Shown here in pieces: positions 29,471 through 42,559 of a DNA stretch of 64,000 bases (positions are counted from its first letter, which is position 1; each line of letters starts with the position of its first letter). This DNA is from the human T2T-CHM13v2.0 reference genome, Homo sapiens. Position numbers and translations under genes: made by a program. The notes beneath the pieces were generated by a model that made no database searches, was not told the DNA's origin, and saw only the letters and a program-made list of their open reading frames with translations. Where the stretch lies: NCBI RefSeq assembly GCF_009914755.1, contig NC_060931.1. One strand, 5' to 3'.

Positions 29471-30764
29471 AGTTGGACGTTAGAAGGTATCACTGCCTCA
29501 CCATCTTCCTTCTACTGTGGGCATGTGATGCAGGACAAAAATATTCCAAAGAGATCTCTAGAACAGTGTTCTCTCTTTTCTCTAATTTCTCTACAAGAGA
29601 TTCAAAAGGTAAAAAAAAATTTCCCTACTATTCCTTTGTGAATGTTTGTATGTAGGAGCTGTGCTTTTCACACAGTCACTTTGGTGTGTTATATTTAAGA
29701 TAGGAATTGTCCCATTCTAACATTATTTTATACTGCTATGTTTTATATTCACAAATTATTTATAGAAAAAGTAGAAAAGCATTCATACTACATGACTGGA
29801 TTAGAAACTGTAGCTACCAAGCCCATTAAAACAGTATTAAGTTTTGTCTCTGAGGTTTGGAAGATAGCTATAAGGAAAAGACCTACACACACTATAAAAG
29901 ATGTTTCTATACTATTATTGAAGTAGAGAAGAAATAATAAATTCTTAAATGAAGGAGTTATAGAAAATTTCATAACCTAGAACTACCAAAACCATTAAGA
30001 AGCTGGAGCAACAAAACCTGTTAAAACATGATTAATTTTCTGTCCTTGAGGTCAAGAAAATAGGTATATGAAAAAGAGCTATACCTGATATAAAAAAGGT
30101 CAGGTACTATGTGTTACGGAAGTAGAGTTGAAAAAATAGCAAACTTTTAAAAGAAGGTAGTTAGAGAAAATTCCAGGGTACAAATATTAAATAATACTTG
30201 AATTGAATGTTAAAGAATATATAGCATTTCATTGATGCTTTTCATCCCCTCAGTTTTTGAAAATATACTCCCTTCCTGCTGATCCAAATCATCCATTTCC
30301 ACTAGGAGCATACTTAAATGATTCTAGGTAAGTCAGTGGAAGAATATAGTTACAATTTAATTTTAAAATAAAACAACCATTGTGACTACTCATCTTCAAC
30401 TATTCTTTTTAGAATGCTTTATTATGTAAAGCATTTTTGGTAGACGAAGAATAAAGATACCCTCATTTTCAGTCACTTAAAGTGAAATGCATCAAAACTT
30501 CATAATATTTTCCCAATAATGTCACCCTAAATATATTTAATTGACCATTTATCATTTCATAAAAACATATCTGGCACTGCCATAAAGGTTGTCATATTTC
30601 CTGATCTTTGAAAATGCTGATATTGAATATCTGTGTCCTAAGTAACAGCCCAACTAAAAATTGTTTTGAAGATGCTAAACCAATGATTTTTTTATTATTA
30701 TTATAATTACAGATATGTGTTTATATATATGTATAATATATATGAGAGAGACAGAGCACTAACA

Positions 30765-30990
30765 TATACTATATACTGTGGATTTATTATAGGTCAAGGG
30801 ATTTACATACATGATCTCATTCAATCTTCACATAATCCTTTGGAGCTGGTTATTATTATCATTCCCATTATACAGATTAACAGATGAATGACCAGAAGCA
30901 TTAACTCATTTCCCAAGGTCACATCAAAGATGTAAATACTCAGGTTCCAGCTCAGCCAGGCTAAATACAATGTCATTTGTCTATCACTAC
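30765..30990 (-). mobile_element. MIR SINE fragment
   Basis: 'atctcattcaatcttcacataatcc...attcccattatacagat...cccaaggtcaca'. Confidence 0.65.
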
Positions 30991-33167
30991 AAGTTACAAT
31001 TTCTCCAAGTTTTTAACTCCGGCATAGGTATCCCCACTCCAATATACAGAAGAGTCTACAATTTTTATGTAATTTTTATCCTATATACTCAACTCCGTCC
31101 TATTGTTACTTAATATGGATTTACACTGGAGAAAATGTATGGCCTTTTAGCAGAAAAAAAATATATATATATATGCCTTTATAAAAATCCTCACAGACTC
31201 CTTTGAAGAAAAGGTAAATTTTACCTATGCATAGTGAAACTAGATAACTTCTTATCTATTATATTTAGTCCATAATGGTTCTTCTTGTGAACCTCCTGTT
31301 AAGAAAATATAATTTCATTTATAAAAAGAGCAACTGTTCAATATTAGTTAAAAAACACTGATTTCGCCATCAGGCACTTAGCACAAGTGCAAAATGGATG
31401 CGGAATGAATGAGTGGATGGATTAATAAATAAATGAATGAATAAATACTTTATTCAGCTAATATGTGTCTGATTTTCAGTTATATTTTATGCAACCATAT
31501 ACACATACACACACCCTCCATACCTACATACATGTGTGACTGGCTATATAGCTGCTGTTTCTTTTCTTCTATCTTATTTGTTATACATTTAATTCTTCAT
31601 GAGTATGCTTATTTTGCCAAGATAGGTGCTTTTCTGTATTTTTATAGCTTGTTCCCATATATCTCTGTGGTTAAGGAAAGATGATGATAACTAATAGGTA
31701 ACATAGATAACTAATCTCTCTCTCTTTTTCTTCTCATATATGTAACACTGCTCATAACCTCAGTCTTTTCCTAATTTTTATCTCCTTGAAGTAAGTAGTA
31801 AGTATAAAAATTATCAATTTGAAAGCCAGCAAAATGTCAGCCTGCCCAAGTCAGCTTTCAGTTTAGATTCGGCCATTTGGAGATAGACAGCGTGTAGCTA
31901 TGTTGCACACCCTCATCAAAAACAGATTATGTAAACAATCAGTAGCACATACCTATGTCACGAATTTGTGAATTACTACCAGGAATGAGGAAGAAGTCAT
32001 GACCCTTTAATTACTGCAGGAAACAAAAAAAATAGAAGATTCACAAACTTGTTACCCACCAGAATAGATGATTTATAAAATAATAGTTTGTTGAGTGCTT
32101 CAGAAGCAATTGTGTGTGTATGTGTGTGCACATGTGTGTGTCTACAAACGTGTACACATTTGTTCTGTTATTCCAGTCATTACAGGTAAGCTTCATTTTG
32201 CTGTTAATCACTTTTACAATAGGTAGCTGGCATACCTATTACTTCAGTAATATTTCTTCTTACATCAATACTCAGAGAATAGCTTTACCCACAGAGTAGA
32301 CTGCAAACTGTAACAGAAGAGGAGCAGACCCTATCAAAATAAAATAGAAATGGTGTGTACTCACATAATCATTGGTAATAAAATCAATAGACAAAGGAAA
32401 GCAAGAAATGCAGATGTCAGCTACTACCTCTCAGTGTAGTGATAAAAGATCGTCCAGCTTATATGAAATCTATGATTAACTCTCATTTACTTGAAATAAT
32501 TTTATCATACCCAAAGGGACAGTTAAAGGAATACTGCTCTTATCACGATCAAAACACCAGAAATGAAAATCCCACTGGGGAAACAAATATTTTAATAATC
32601 AGTTCTATATCCACAGCAGTAACACAGTAGTAAAACGTCATGGATAACCAAGCTATTTCAACCTTTAATTTTCAACCTGCTTTAGGCTAGCATTCTAAAT
32701 CAGAAACCAAAGGATCTCTAGAGTCCTGTGCTATTAAAACCAAATTCATTTACAGAAAGTGTATTGCTATAATTTTACCATTTACAAAACACTTTAGACA
32801 GTGTTACAGTATTGACATGAGTTTTATGGTTTCATCTCTTTACTACATACTCTGTGAGAAGAACTGATAGTAAACGTTGAGTACACAGACAGATTTTGGA
32901 ATAAATTTGTAAATTTCTAACAAAGTCCCTATGTAAATTAGTAGCATGAATGCAGGCAGATTTATATGTCCACACTAATTTTAAAAAACAAATGGATTCG
33001 TTTGTTTTCCTATGAGTAACAAAACAAATAACTATATAAATCAGATGCAGGATGCCAACATATGTGTCTATTGGAAGATTTAGAAAGCCTGAAATAAAAC
33101 AATGAAAGTAAACATTTATCAATAATTCCTTGAAGGCCACATTCAATGCTTGTTAACAGATTGATAC

Positions 33168-33722
33168 TGTTATAGGAATGGGGTCGGAATCCAGACCCCA
33201 ACAGTGAGTTCTTGGATCTCCCACAAGAAAGAATTCAGGGCGGGTCCATGGAGTAAAGTGAAAGCAAATTTGTAAGAAAGTAAAAGAACAAAAAAAATGG
33301 CTACTCCATAGACACAGCAGCCCTGAGGGCTCCTGGCTGCCCATTTGTATTTATTCCTTGATAATATGCTAAACAAGGGGTGGATTATTCATTCATGCCT
33401 CCTTTTTTAGACCATATAGGGTAACTGCCTCACATTGCCATGGCATTTGAAAATTCTCATGATGCTAAAGGGAGTGTAGCAGTGAGGACAACCAGAGGTC
33501 ACTCTTATCGTCATCTTGGTTTTGGTGGGTTTTAGCCAGCTTCTTTACTGCAACCTGTTTTATCAGCAAGGTCTTTATGACCTGTATCTTGTGCGAACCT
33601 CCCATCTCATCCTGTGACTTAGAATGCCTTAACCATCTGGGAATGCAGCCCAGGAGTTCTCAGCCTAATTTTACTCAGCTCCTATTCAAAATGGAGGTGC
33701 TCTGGTTCACATCCCTCTGACA
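33168..33722 (-). mobile_element. MER41A-like solo LTR (ERV1)
   Basis: TGTTA...CTGACA termini, 555 bp; blocks 'ttagaccatatagggtaact' and 'ctgttttatcagcaaggtctttatgacctgtatcttgtg'; 4-bp TSD atac/atag. Confidence 0.88.
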
Positions 33723-34254
33723 ATAGCTTTCAAGAAATCTGCTCTGGAGGATCAAGAGTTTAAGAAATAAAGTTAATATTGTCCTAAATAATGCCTTCTA
33801 CTGTCTTCAGCAAAATATCTAATAACGCTATTTGAACAGGGCGTATCAAAGTCCAATCCCTTTTGATGATTGCAGAACAGAACAAAGAAATTCTATGTTT
33901 TGCATGGAAAAAAAAGAAAGACCAACAGAACAAAAACAAGGGATCTTGGGATCTTGGCCAAGCAATTAGATTAGACTGACAATAGGCCAGCAGCTGACAA
34001 CAATATTTTGGAAATGGTTTTCTAGTTACTAAAACTGTACAAAAGTGAGCCAGAGTGTAAAAATGTGCAACCTTCAGCCAGGTCATTTCAAGAGCAAAAA
34101 TACTAAAATTTAAGAGCCAAAATACATATCCTTCTGCTGATGTTAATATTGTTGAGCATTCTCTACATTTGAATGTAACAGCACTATAGCTGGTCATCTA
34201 AACAGATATTGGCTCCTTAGCCAGCAAGTAGACACTTATTTGAAGCTGAAATAA

Positions 34255-34620
<366 letters not shown>

Positions 34621-36991
34621 TTGCCCAATTTTGTAATAGAACTAGGGACAGTTATTCCACCCACATCTCTCTTCAAGTAAATAAAACAAACCGTTCAAGA
34701 AGACAGGAAATCAAATAACAGGCTTTAGCTGGGTACCACCAAGAAATTTATATCCATGGTCAAGAGCACACAACAGTTATATGACAGAAGCTGGAAAATG
34801 ACATTTCAAGGTACATCAGCTAAAATGTCATAAACATTTCAAATTATCAATAGCAGAAAAAAATTTAATGTAGAAATATAAACTTTCCACTAAAGAGAGG
34901 CACTTTTCAAATGATGCCTTAGAATTCTCTTCTTGGACAGATCTCTTTTCAACTTCAATAAGGAAATGGGTATATGGTAGTATGTTTTGTGGTAGAATGA
35001 GCAATGACACATACAAATTCAACCAAATCCATTCTGTCAGGTCAGCAGATAGTCTCATACGTATAGGCATCAGGCATCACCTAAAAATACTAACATCTAT
35101 ACACACAATACTAGGATATATTCACTGGTAATAGAACTGAAGTAAAAATTCATTATGCTGACTTTTCAACCTAACTCATTTACAAGAATCTCTATTCCTG
35201 GCTATGTCTGGACTCTATTTGATGGAAAGTACAGAAGTAATTAATTTATCTCTATTAAGAAGATAAAACATCCTTATCAATTCACAGAGTCATATAGAAA
35301 AAGGAGAAGCCAGCAGATCAGTGTGGTTACCATCAACTATCAACAATAATATTTAGCCTCTTTAATAACACAAATTTCCCTGAATGAAGCATATATGAAA
35401 TCCTTAACTCCAAATTCTATTGTTAAAATTGAATCTTGCTAGCAAGGCCAACGTTTATTTGTCAGTCTCAAGTAAGCGGACTGCACTTGAGATAATCGAG
35501 AAAAACAACCCAAATGATCTGTAAACAGCTGAATTGATATCATTGTATTTGTTTATTTTAGACCATTTTAATTCCTTCCACAAATGATCAACCTCTTGGT
35601 TTCCAAATGTGCCATAAATCAGGGAGGGAGAAACTTGCATTTAAAACAATTTTCTGTGAGAGTAGTTAAAAGGAAAGATGACTACTCTAACATCTAGGGG
35701 GGGAAATAAAAATCTAGTAACAAATCATAGTCATTTGTATTACTATTATGTGCTAGCATACACCTGCATGAGCTCTACTACCTCAGTAGATTGTATGGAT
35801 ATTGCTATTAAAGAAGAGTATATGAGATGTATATATATAAAATGTTAAATCATTGCTTCATTTATTTGTATTTCTAACAAATTTCTTATTGACAATCTGT
35901 GTAGAAAAAGCAAGAAAAATACAACTAAGTAAGAACAAATGTAATACAGACCCTTGAAGAACTACTGTTGAGAAACTAAATAAAGTATAATTTATTACCA
36001 GTTTTCTAAGAAATAAAATTCACATTCTCCATGGAACAAAATAGAAACTAAGTGTAGGAAGGGCTACTGTAGCAGTGAACTCAATTCAGCCTCCTTAAAC
36101 TTCATTTCACGTTTGAGAGATTCTGGGTTACAGCTCTTGCTCCAGTATGGGCAAAAGACCCTCCCGCTTTGGTTCCTCTTATTTTAGCTGAGAAAGCCTA
36201 AAAATTTTTTAAAACTTTCTCTAAATACAAAGAAGATCTACTGGAAAATAAACATTATAAATGAGACAAATACAGTTACAGCTTAAAAAAGCACATTTCT
36301 GTATTTCTCATACTTAACATATCCTCAGAGTTTGAGAATCCTTTGCCAACCCAATTACTATGTGTGTAGGTTCAACTCTGTTCCTAAAGAGTTTCCACAA
36401 CCTTTCAGGAGCTTGGACACTTTACTTGCAAGCTATTCTTCATTTTCATATTCGAAATTACCATTTTACAAGTTCCTAAGCAAAAGTTATCTGCTAGACC
36501 TCTTTACTCTCTAAAGTCATTACCGAGAGATAATGAAGAATGAGTCTCCTTCTTCAGTTAACTTATGATTCCCTTTCTTCATTTGGTTTCCATGAACATT
36601 CTTCTTACATACATGTTTTTCAAGTGATGGACACCATTAATGGTTTCACTTCCTGCTGGGACCTAGAATCCAACAAATCTTAAAAATCATAATCGGCTTT
36701 GCCCTCAGTACACGACCATCAGTAAAACTAGAACAGAAGTTAAAACTGACATCCTCACATTAAGATAGATGTGTAAATAATATATCATAATGTAAAGTGC
36801 TAGAAACATAATTAGTGATTAATAGTCTAATATATGTTTTCCTTTATTTTCTTTCATTAGTTCCGATTCAGATCATAATAGTCTGGAGTACAGTTATTGC
36901 CCCTCAATTATCCAATATACCATAGACATTTTCTCATGCTAATACATTTTAGCTGCTAAATGAGTTTTCTATAACATGAAATAGAATACAG

Positions 36992-37212
36992 TCTCACAAG
37001 ATCTGATGGTTTTAAAAAGGGGAGTTTGCCTGCACAATTTCTCTTCTCTTGTCTGCCACCATAAGAGACATAAGAGACATGCCTTTCACCTTCTGCCATG
37101 ATTGTGAGGCTCCCTAAGCCAAGTAGAACTGTGAGTCCATTAAACCTCCTTCGTTTGTAAATTTTCCAGTATCAGATATGTCTTTATCAGCAGCGTGAAA
37201 ATGGACTAATAC
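36992..37212 (+). mobile_element. THE1 LTR, 3' part only
   Basis: 'tctcacaagatctgatggttttaaaaaggggagttt...ctttatcagcagcgtgaaaatggactaataca'. Confidence 0.88.
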
Positions 37213-37642
37213 AGTAGACAATGCAACTAAGTCATAAAAACAAGTAGGAGAGGTCAGTGACTGGCAAATCAATGACCAGCAGTGAAGGGCATTCCAAAGA
37301 GAGGAAATGTCATATAAAATAATTGAAATAATCCTTTTTTAAAAAAATAGAGATGTTCAATAATCATTTTTATATCAGTTTTCCACAGGGTTAAATTAAC
37401 TGTTGCTTTCCAAAAATGGATTCATTTTAATATAGCTGGAACATGGGCACAATTGAGAAACTAATAGATAATAATTGGGTTGGTTGTTGGATTGAAAAGG
37501 CTTTTGTATGTTTTACTAAGAAATGTGGACTTTATTCTTTACATAGTATGTAAAATATAGGAGTGTTTTAAGTTTCGGTTATGTGTGTGTGTGGCTTTTG
37601 GATATTGTTTGTTATTTGTTTTTTCTGTGTTTGTAGCAGGTG

Positions 37643-37953
37643 TTTTTTTTTTATTATTTATTTTCTTTTTGAGATGAGGTAATGCTCCACTACCCAAGTT
37701 GGAATGGAGTGACACAATCTTGGCTCACTGCAGCCTCAAGCTCCTGGGCTCAAAGGATCTTCCTGTCTCAGCCTCCCAAATAGCTGGGACTACAGGAATG
37801 CAACATCATACTCGGCTAATTTTTGTATTTTTTTTCGTAGAGACAGGGTCTCTGTGTGTTGCCCAGGCTGGTCTTGAATTCCTGGCCTCAACCAGTCCTC
37901 TTGTGTTGGCCTCCAAAATTGCTAGGATTACAGGCATGAGACACTGCACCAGC
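37643..37953 (-). mobile_element. Alu (AluJ-like)
   Basis: 'cactgcagcctcaagctcctgggctcaaaggatcttcc...gttgcccaggctggtcttgaattcctggcctcaa'. Confidence 0.9.
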
Positions 37954-40900
37954 ATGTATTATTTTGTATTACTGTATTCTATTTCATGTTACAGAAAACT
38001 CATTTTCGGAGCTAAAATGTATTAGCATGAGAAAATGCTTATGGTGTATTGGATAATTAAGGGGCAATAACTGTAATCCAGACCATTATGATCTGAATCA
38101 GAACTAAGAAAAGAAAATAAAGGAAGACATATATTAGTCTATTAGTGACTAAACACACACACAAACTCTACTCAGAATGTATTATTTAAGCAAAAAAGAA
38201 TGTATCTGAAAGTTTTAAAAGATGTCTATAAAATTCAGATAATATTTTACAATGAAGGGGTGTTTTTGTTACATAATAATTTAATGCTCATTTTTGAAAC
38301 ATGAGAGGTAAAAAATATTACATTTTAAAGAATTTTCTGAGACCCCATTACATTTCCTGGGTATTCAACATATAGAATTATACATGAATTCTGATATACA
38401 ACCACATTTCCATAAACACACCTAAAAGGTGCAAATCTAGGGAGCGATAGAAATAAACAAAACCTAGGAAGTTAAGTACAAGTATAGAATCACCCTTACA
38501 TGGGTTATCTTTGCAAGATATAAAATTTACATATGTAGAATATGATTATAATTAGAATTTAGTAATTATATTAAGACATGATATGGACTTCTACATATCA
38601 AAATCTACTACTGATGAAATAGCTTGCCTTAGAATTCCTGTACAGAAAAGAGATACAGATGCGATTTATTTAATCTAATGTGAGAAGATGTCTAACAACA
38701 TACTCCGCCTCAAGCATCTTATAGTCTATCCTCAGACTAGATTTCATCATGATGTGCCACCCTTCCAATTCAGATACTGTCTTCAATACTTTGAATACTG
38801 AATTAATAAATACGACATAGAGTCTGCTCTTTAGGTTCTTACCAAATAGTGCACAGAGCCTGAGACAGAAAGGAGGGCTCGTGATAAGTTATAGAGACAA
38901 CCTTACTTTCCAACTCAGACTCTTGCAAGTAATTTTAACATTCAATAGATTTCCACGGTGGTCAAAGATTGTGGTATGAATCAGAATTTTTAATGATTGA
39001 CATTGCTCTAACTTGATTAATGGCAGCAAGCACATTTGTATGGATTGTACTTTTGTTGTTTACACACACAGCCAATTTTGGCCTTTTGTGTGTTACAGAA
39101 CTCTGCTGCTGTGGCTCTGTCTAGAATATGTCATAAAGTTAATTAAGTCAAAGTAGATTGTAGAGATATCTTGCATATCTAAAAATAGTTCTGTCTAATA
39201 ATAATACACTATCTATCTTCCCTGGCTGTATCCTTATTTTGGTGAGTGTGATAGGTATGGTAGCCAGTGGCTTGGCAAAGCTACAGCACTGGTCATGATG
39301 ACAAGCATCCAGAGAAGATAGATGATTTAGTGCATCCATCTAGTTCACATTGCTGGAAAATATTCAGACTACGTGATTCCTAAGTTGTGTGTTCCTTGAG
39401 TCAAGAGTCTTATCTTTTTAATCTTTGCATGACTTAGCACATGTAATATATAGAAGACACTTCTTAAAAGGAAACAACGGAGGAACAGTAATATCATCTA
39501 CAAATATGAGCATGACATTTATTTTAAACAACATAGCTAGTTTCAGTGTATTAATGTAATATTATCATCATAAATAATAAATGCAGCTTTGTAGTGCAAT
39601 TTAGGCTTACAAAATACTAGTTAGATACTAAAGGTGATTTTTCTTTATTACTGGTAATTACTAGCTCTGGGCAAAATTTGATAAGTATGGTGATTCTTTT
39701 ATTTAGTTAAATTTAATTTTGACTAATTTCTTGAGATCTGAAATATATTTATGTAACAAAGTGAAATATGCAAAATATTAGGTATTACTTCTCAAAGTAA
39801 GATTTCTGAGTTCATGTACAAAATGTGTACTTACAGTTTTTTATAAGTCCTCTGAGGGATCTGGACTAGGAATGTAGAAGTCATAAGTAAGTATTTAAGT
39901 GACAATTAGCATTCAATATAATTCTCATGCTTCCAAGAGTCTCACTACACACTTGTGCTATTTGTCATCCCCTGTTGATTTACTTTGTCTCCTTTCTATC
40001 TTTGCCATTATTAATTTCATGGTTCACACATAGAATTTGTTAGATATTATTATTTGAGAAGGTTCAGGGAAATGCTGCCTTTGTTCATGAAATAGAAACA
40101 ATTTTTTCCCTTTAGCTTCCTGAAAAGAAGTCATGTAACAGAACAAGTCATGCATAGAATAAAAATTCAGTGGCGTGATTTTTTTGTTTACTTGATATTT
40201 TATTATATATGATAACTTTGTTAACAAGTCTTTTTTTTTTGTTCGTTTGTTTGTCTTGCTGAATTTCACATTCTTAAAATGTCTTAGGAATTGGAAACAA
40301 CTGAACACTCCGTTGAGATTTGTGACTGTCATCCTTCTGGTTATAATTACTCATAGATCTTGCAAAAGTAGCAGAGATGCATCTATTATAACCATCAGTC
40401 AGGATGGTCATTAAGCACTTTCTGCAGTCAAGATTGCTGTGCCAGATGGTACTTGAGGAACAATAGACAATGCACTCCAAACTGCCGAGCATTTGTTCTG
40501 TGCAATTTTAACTTAGGGCTTGTATAAGAATAAAATAAAGCAAAGGTACCTATGAGAGTAAAATGTCTAGTGGTGGATTTCTATTCTTAGACTCTTTTAT
40601 TTACATATAAGGACAAATTAGTTACTATATTGGGAATGTATATTGTCTAATAACACACATAGTTCTATAAAGACCAATAGTTAGATTACTAAAATGTACT
40701 TTTCTTTATACTACTATGTTCCAAGTTTTTTCTTGGGGTGATCTTTCATAGTTTAAAAAGGAGCTTCTTTTGGAGCAAGATGAGCTTGACTTGTATTGTA
40801 ATAACAAAGTACCTACGATAGCTCTTCCCATAGTAAAGAATACTTAATGATACATAATTGTAGATAAGTGTTATTTTCCCTTTAAAACATTAATTGTCTT

Positions 40901-41756
40901 ATAACTATCTATCTATATTCCCAGAATATGCAGAATCTATGAATGTGTTCAAAATAGTGAAATGGATATGATTGGGTCAAGCTCTGATTTTTCACCTGGC
41001 CATGCAGCCTTCAGTCCTATCACTCTTAATTCAAAGAAATTGTTAATTTTCCACATTGTCTTGTTTATTTTATCTGCTCATTTGTGTCGTCCAATCAGTA
41101 TTTTCACTTTGAGATAAGTAGCCCCCACAAGGCTTAGTCACATTTCATCTTCTCCAGTTTGGTCTACTTAAAGTCTCCAAGTTATATTTTGCTTTTCAAA
41201 TATCCTACACATTGATTAAATCCCACATAAAGCTTCATTTTTTCACTGACAGCTTCTGAATCCCCAGTTCAACTGAATTTTTGTTCAAATGTATTTATTT
41301 CTTCCATAACATTTTTGAGGCAACATGCATTAAAAACACAGTGAAATGAAAATAATTGAAAAATTTTACCTACAAAAATATGAGCATGAAGAGAAGGAAA
41401 GTATATTCTAGTGAATTCAGTGGCTATATGCTGGCATGACATCTTCCAGTGGGCTTTCTGAATTGCACCTGCACCCTTCTTTCAGAAACTTCCTTCTCTA
41501 ATCCAAGCTCTGACCATATGCAGAGAAGTACCATTCTCTTTCATGGTGCATCCATTCTGGCCTCAGATGTTGGTGTGAAAGGAAGAATGCCATAAAACAT
41601 CAGCAAAAGCTTTCCCCAGAATTTTTTCTCCCTCTCTCTCTTAGACTTGAGTCTACCCTTCTCTTCTCTTATGAATTAAGGAATATGAGAGCCCAGAACA
41701 AACAAAGGCCCCTTTTTTCACCTCATAAAAAAGGCAATCTGAAGGAGAGTCTGAGG

Positions 41757-42540
41757 AAGATGATGAGTAGCAGGCAGGGCTAATGTGCAGCTCCCACTTG
41801 GATGGGAAGAACAGTGTGTGGAGATTCACATCATGAACTTTTGCTAAAAGAGCCAAGACAGGAACATACCAGGAAAACTGAAAGAATTCACAGATCCTTT
41901 GAAAGAAGTAGCACACCACTGCAAATTCTGTGAGACAAGTGAAAAACTGAGTTTCCCAAGTGTGAGGTAGGGAATCCTGCCTCTGAACACATATCCTTAC
42001 TGGGGAATCTAAAAATCCAGGTCACAAGAGAAATATTTAACCTAGAGCTGAAGGAGATTTAGGAAGCTGGGCAAAATAAAAAAAAAAGTAGAAGCAGCAG
42101 TGGGAAGAGCCTTGTAGGCACTCTCAGTCTCCAGCTTGAACCCAGGGAAGCCATCCCTGACTACATCTCACAGGGGATCTCTTGGAAGGCAGCCAGTGGA
42201 ATTAGGAAGAAGTTATAGGATGAAAGAAGCTTCAAACTGAGATTTGTAACACAAATTTTATTGAGCAGAATTTGTGGGATGAACGGAAACTGCTGCAGTT
42301 AAGAGCACAGGAATTGCCACTGACAGTATGGGCAGACAGGGAGGGAAGAGGGAGGCCTGAAACCTGTGCTTGCTTTCTCAGGAGGGAAGCTGATAGCCTG
42401 GGGCAAAGTCTGAGTGGGGCACTGCAGGAGTGACACCAGCCTTGCCAACTGCACGGGAGCTGAGTGAGGCCTTCCACTACTGGCTATTCCCCACTAACCT
42501 GGAGAACTATATAACATAGCAGAGGCAGCCACAATCCCCC
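41757..42540 (+). mobile_element. Isolated L1PB-type 5'UTR fragment (no ORF1)
   Basis: Starts 'aagatgatgagtag...tgcagctcccac'; homologous to 2074-2444 ('gtggagattcacatcatgaacttttgct' vs 'gtggagacacacttcataaacttttgct'; 'gcagaggcagccacaatcccc' vs 'gcagaggcagccatcattcccc'). Confidence 0.8.
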
Positions 42541-42559
42541 CATAGAGTTAATATTTTGG

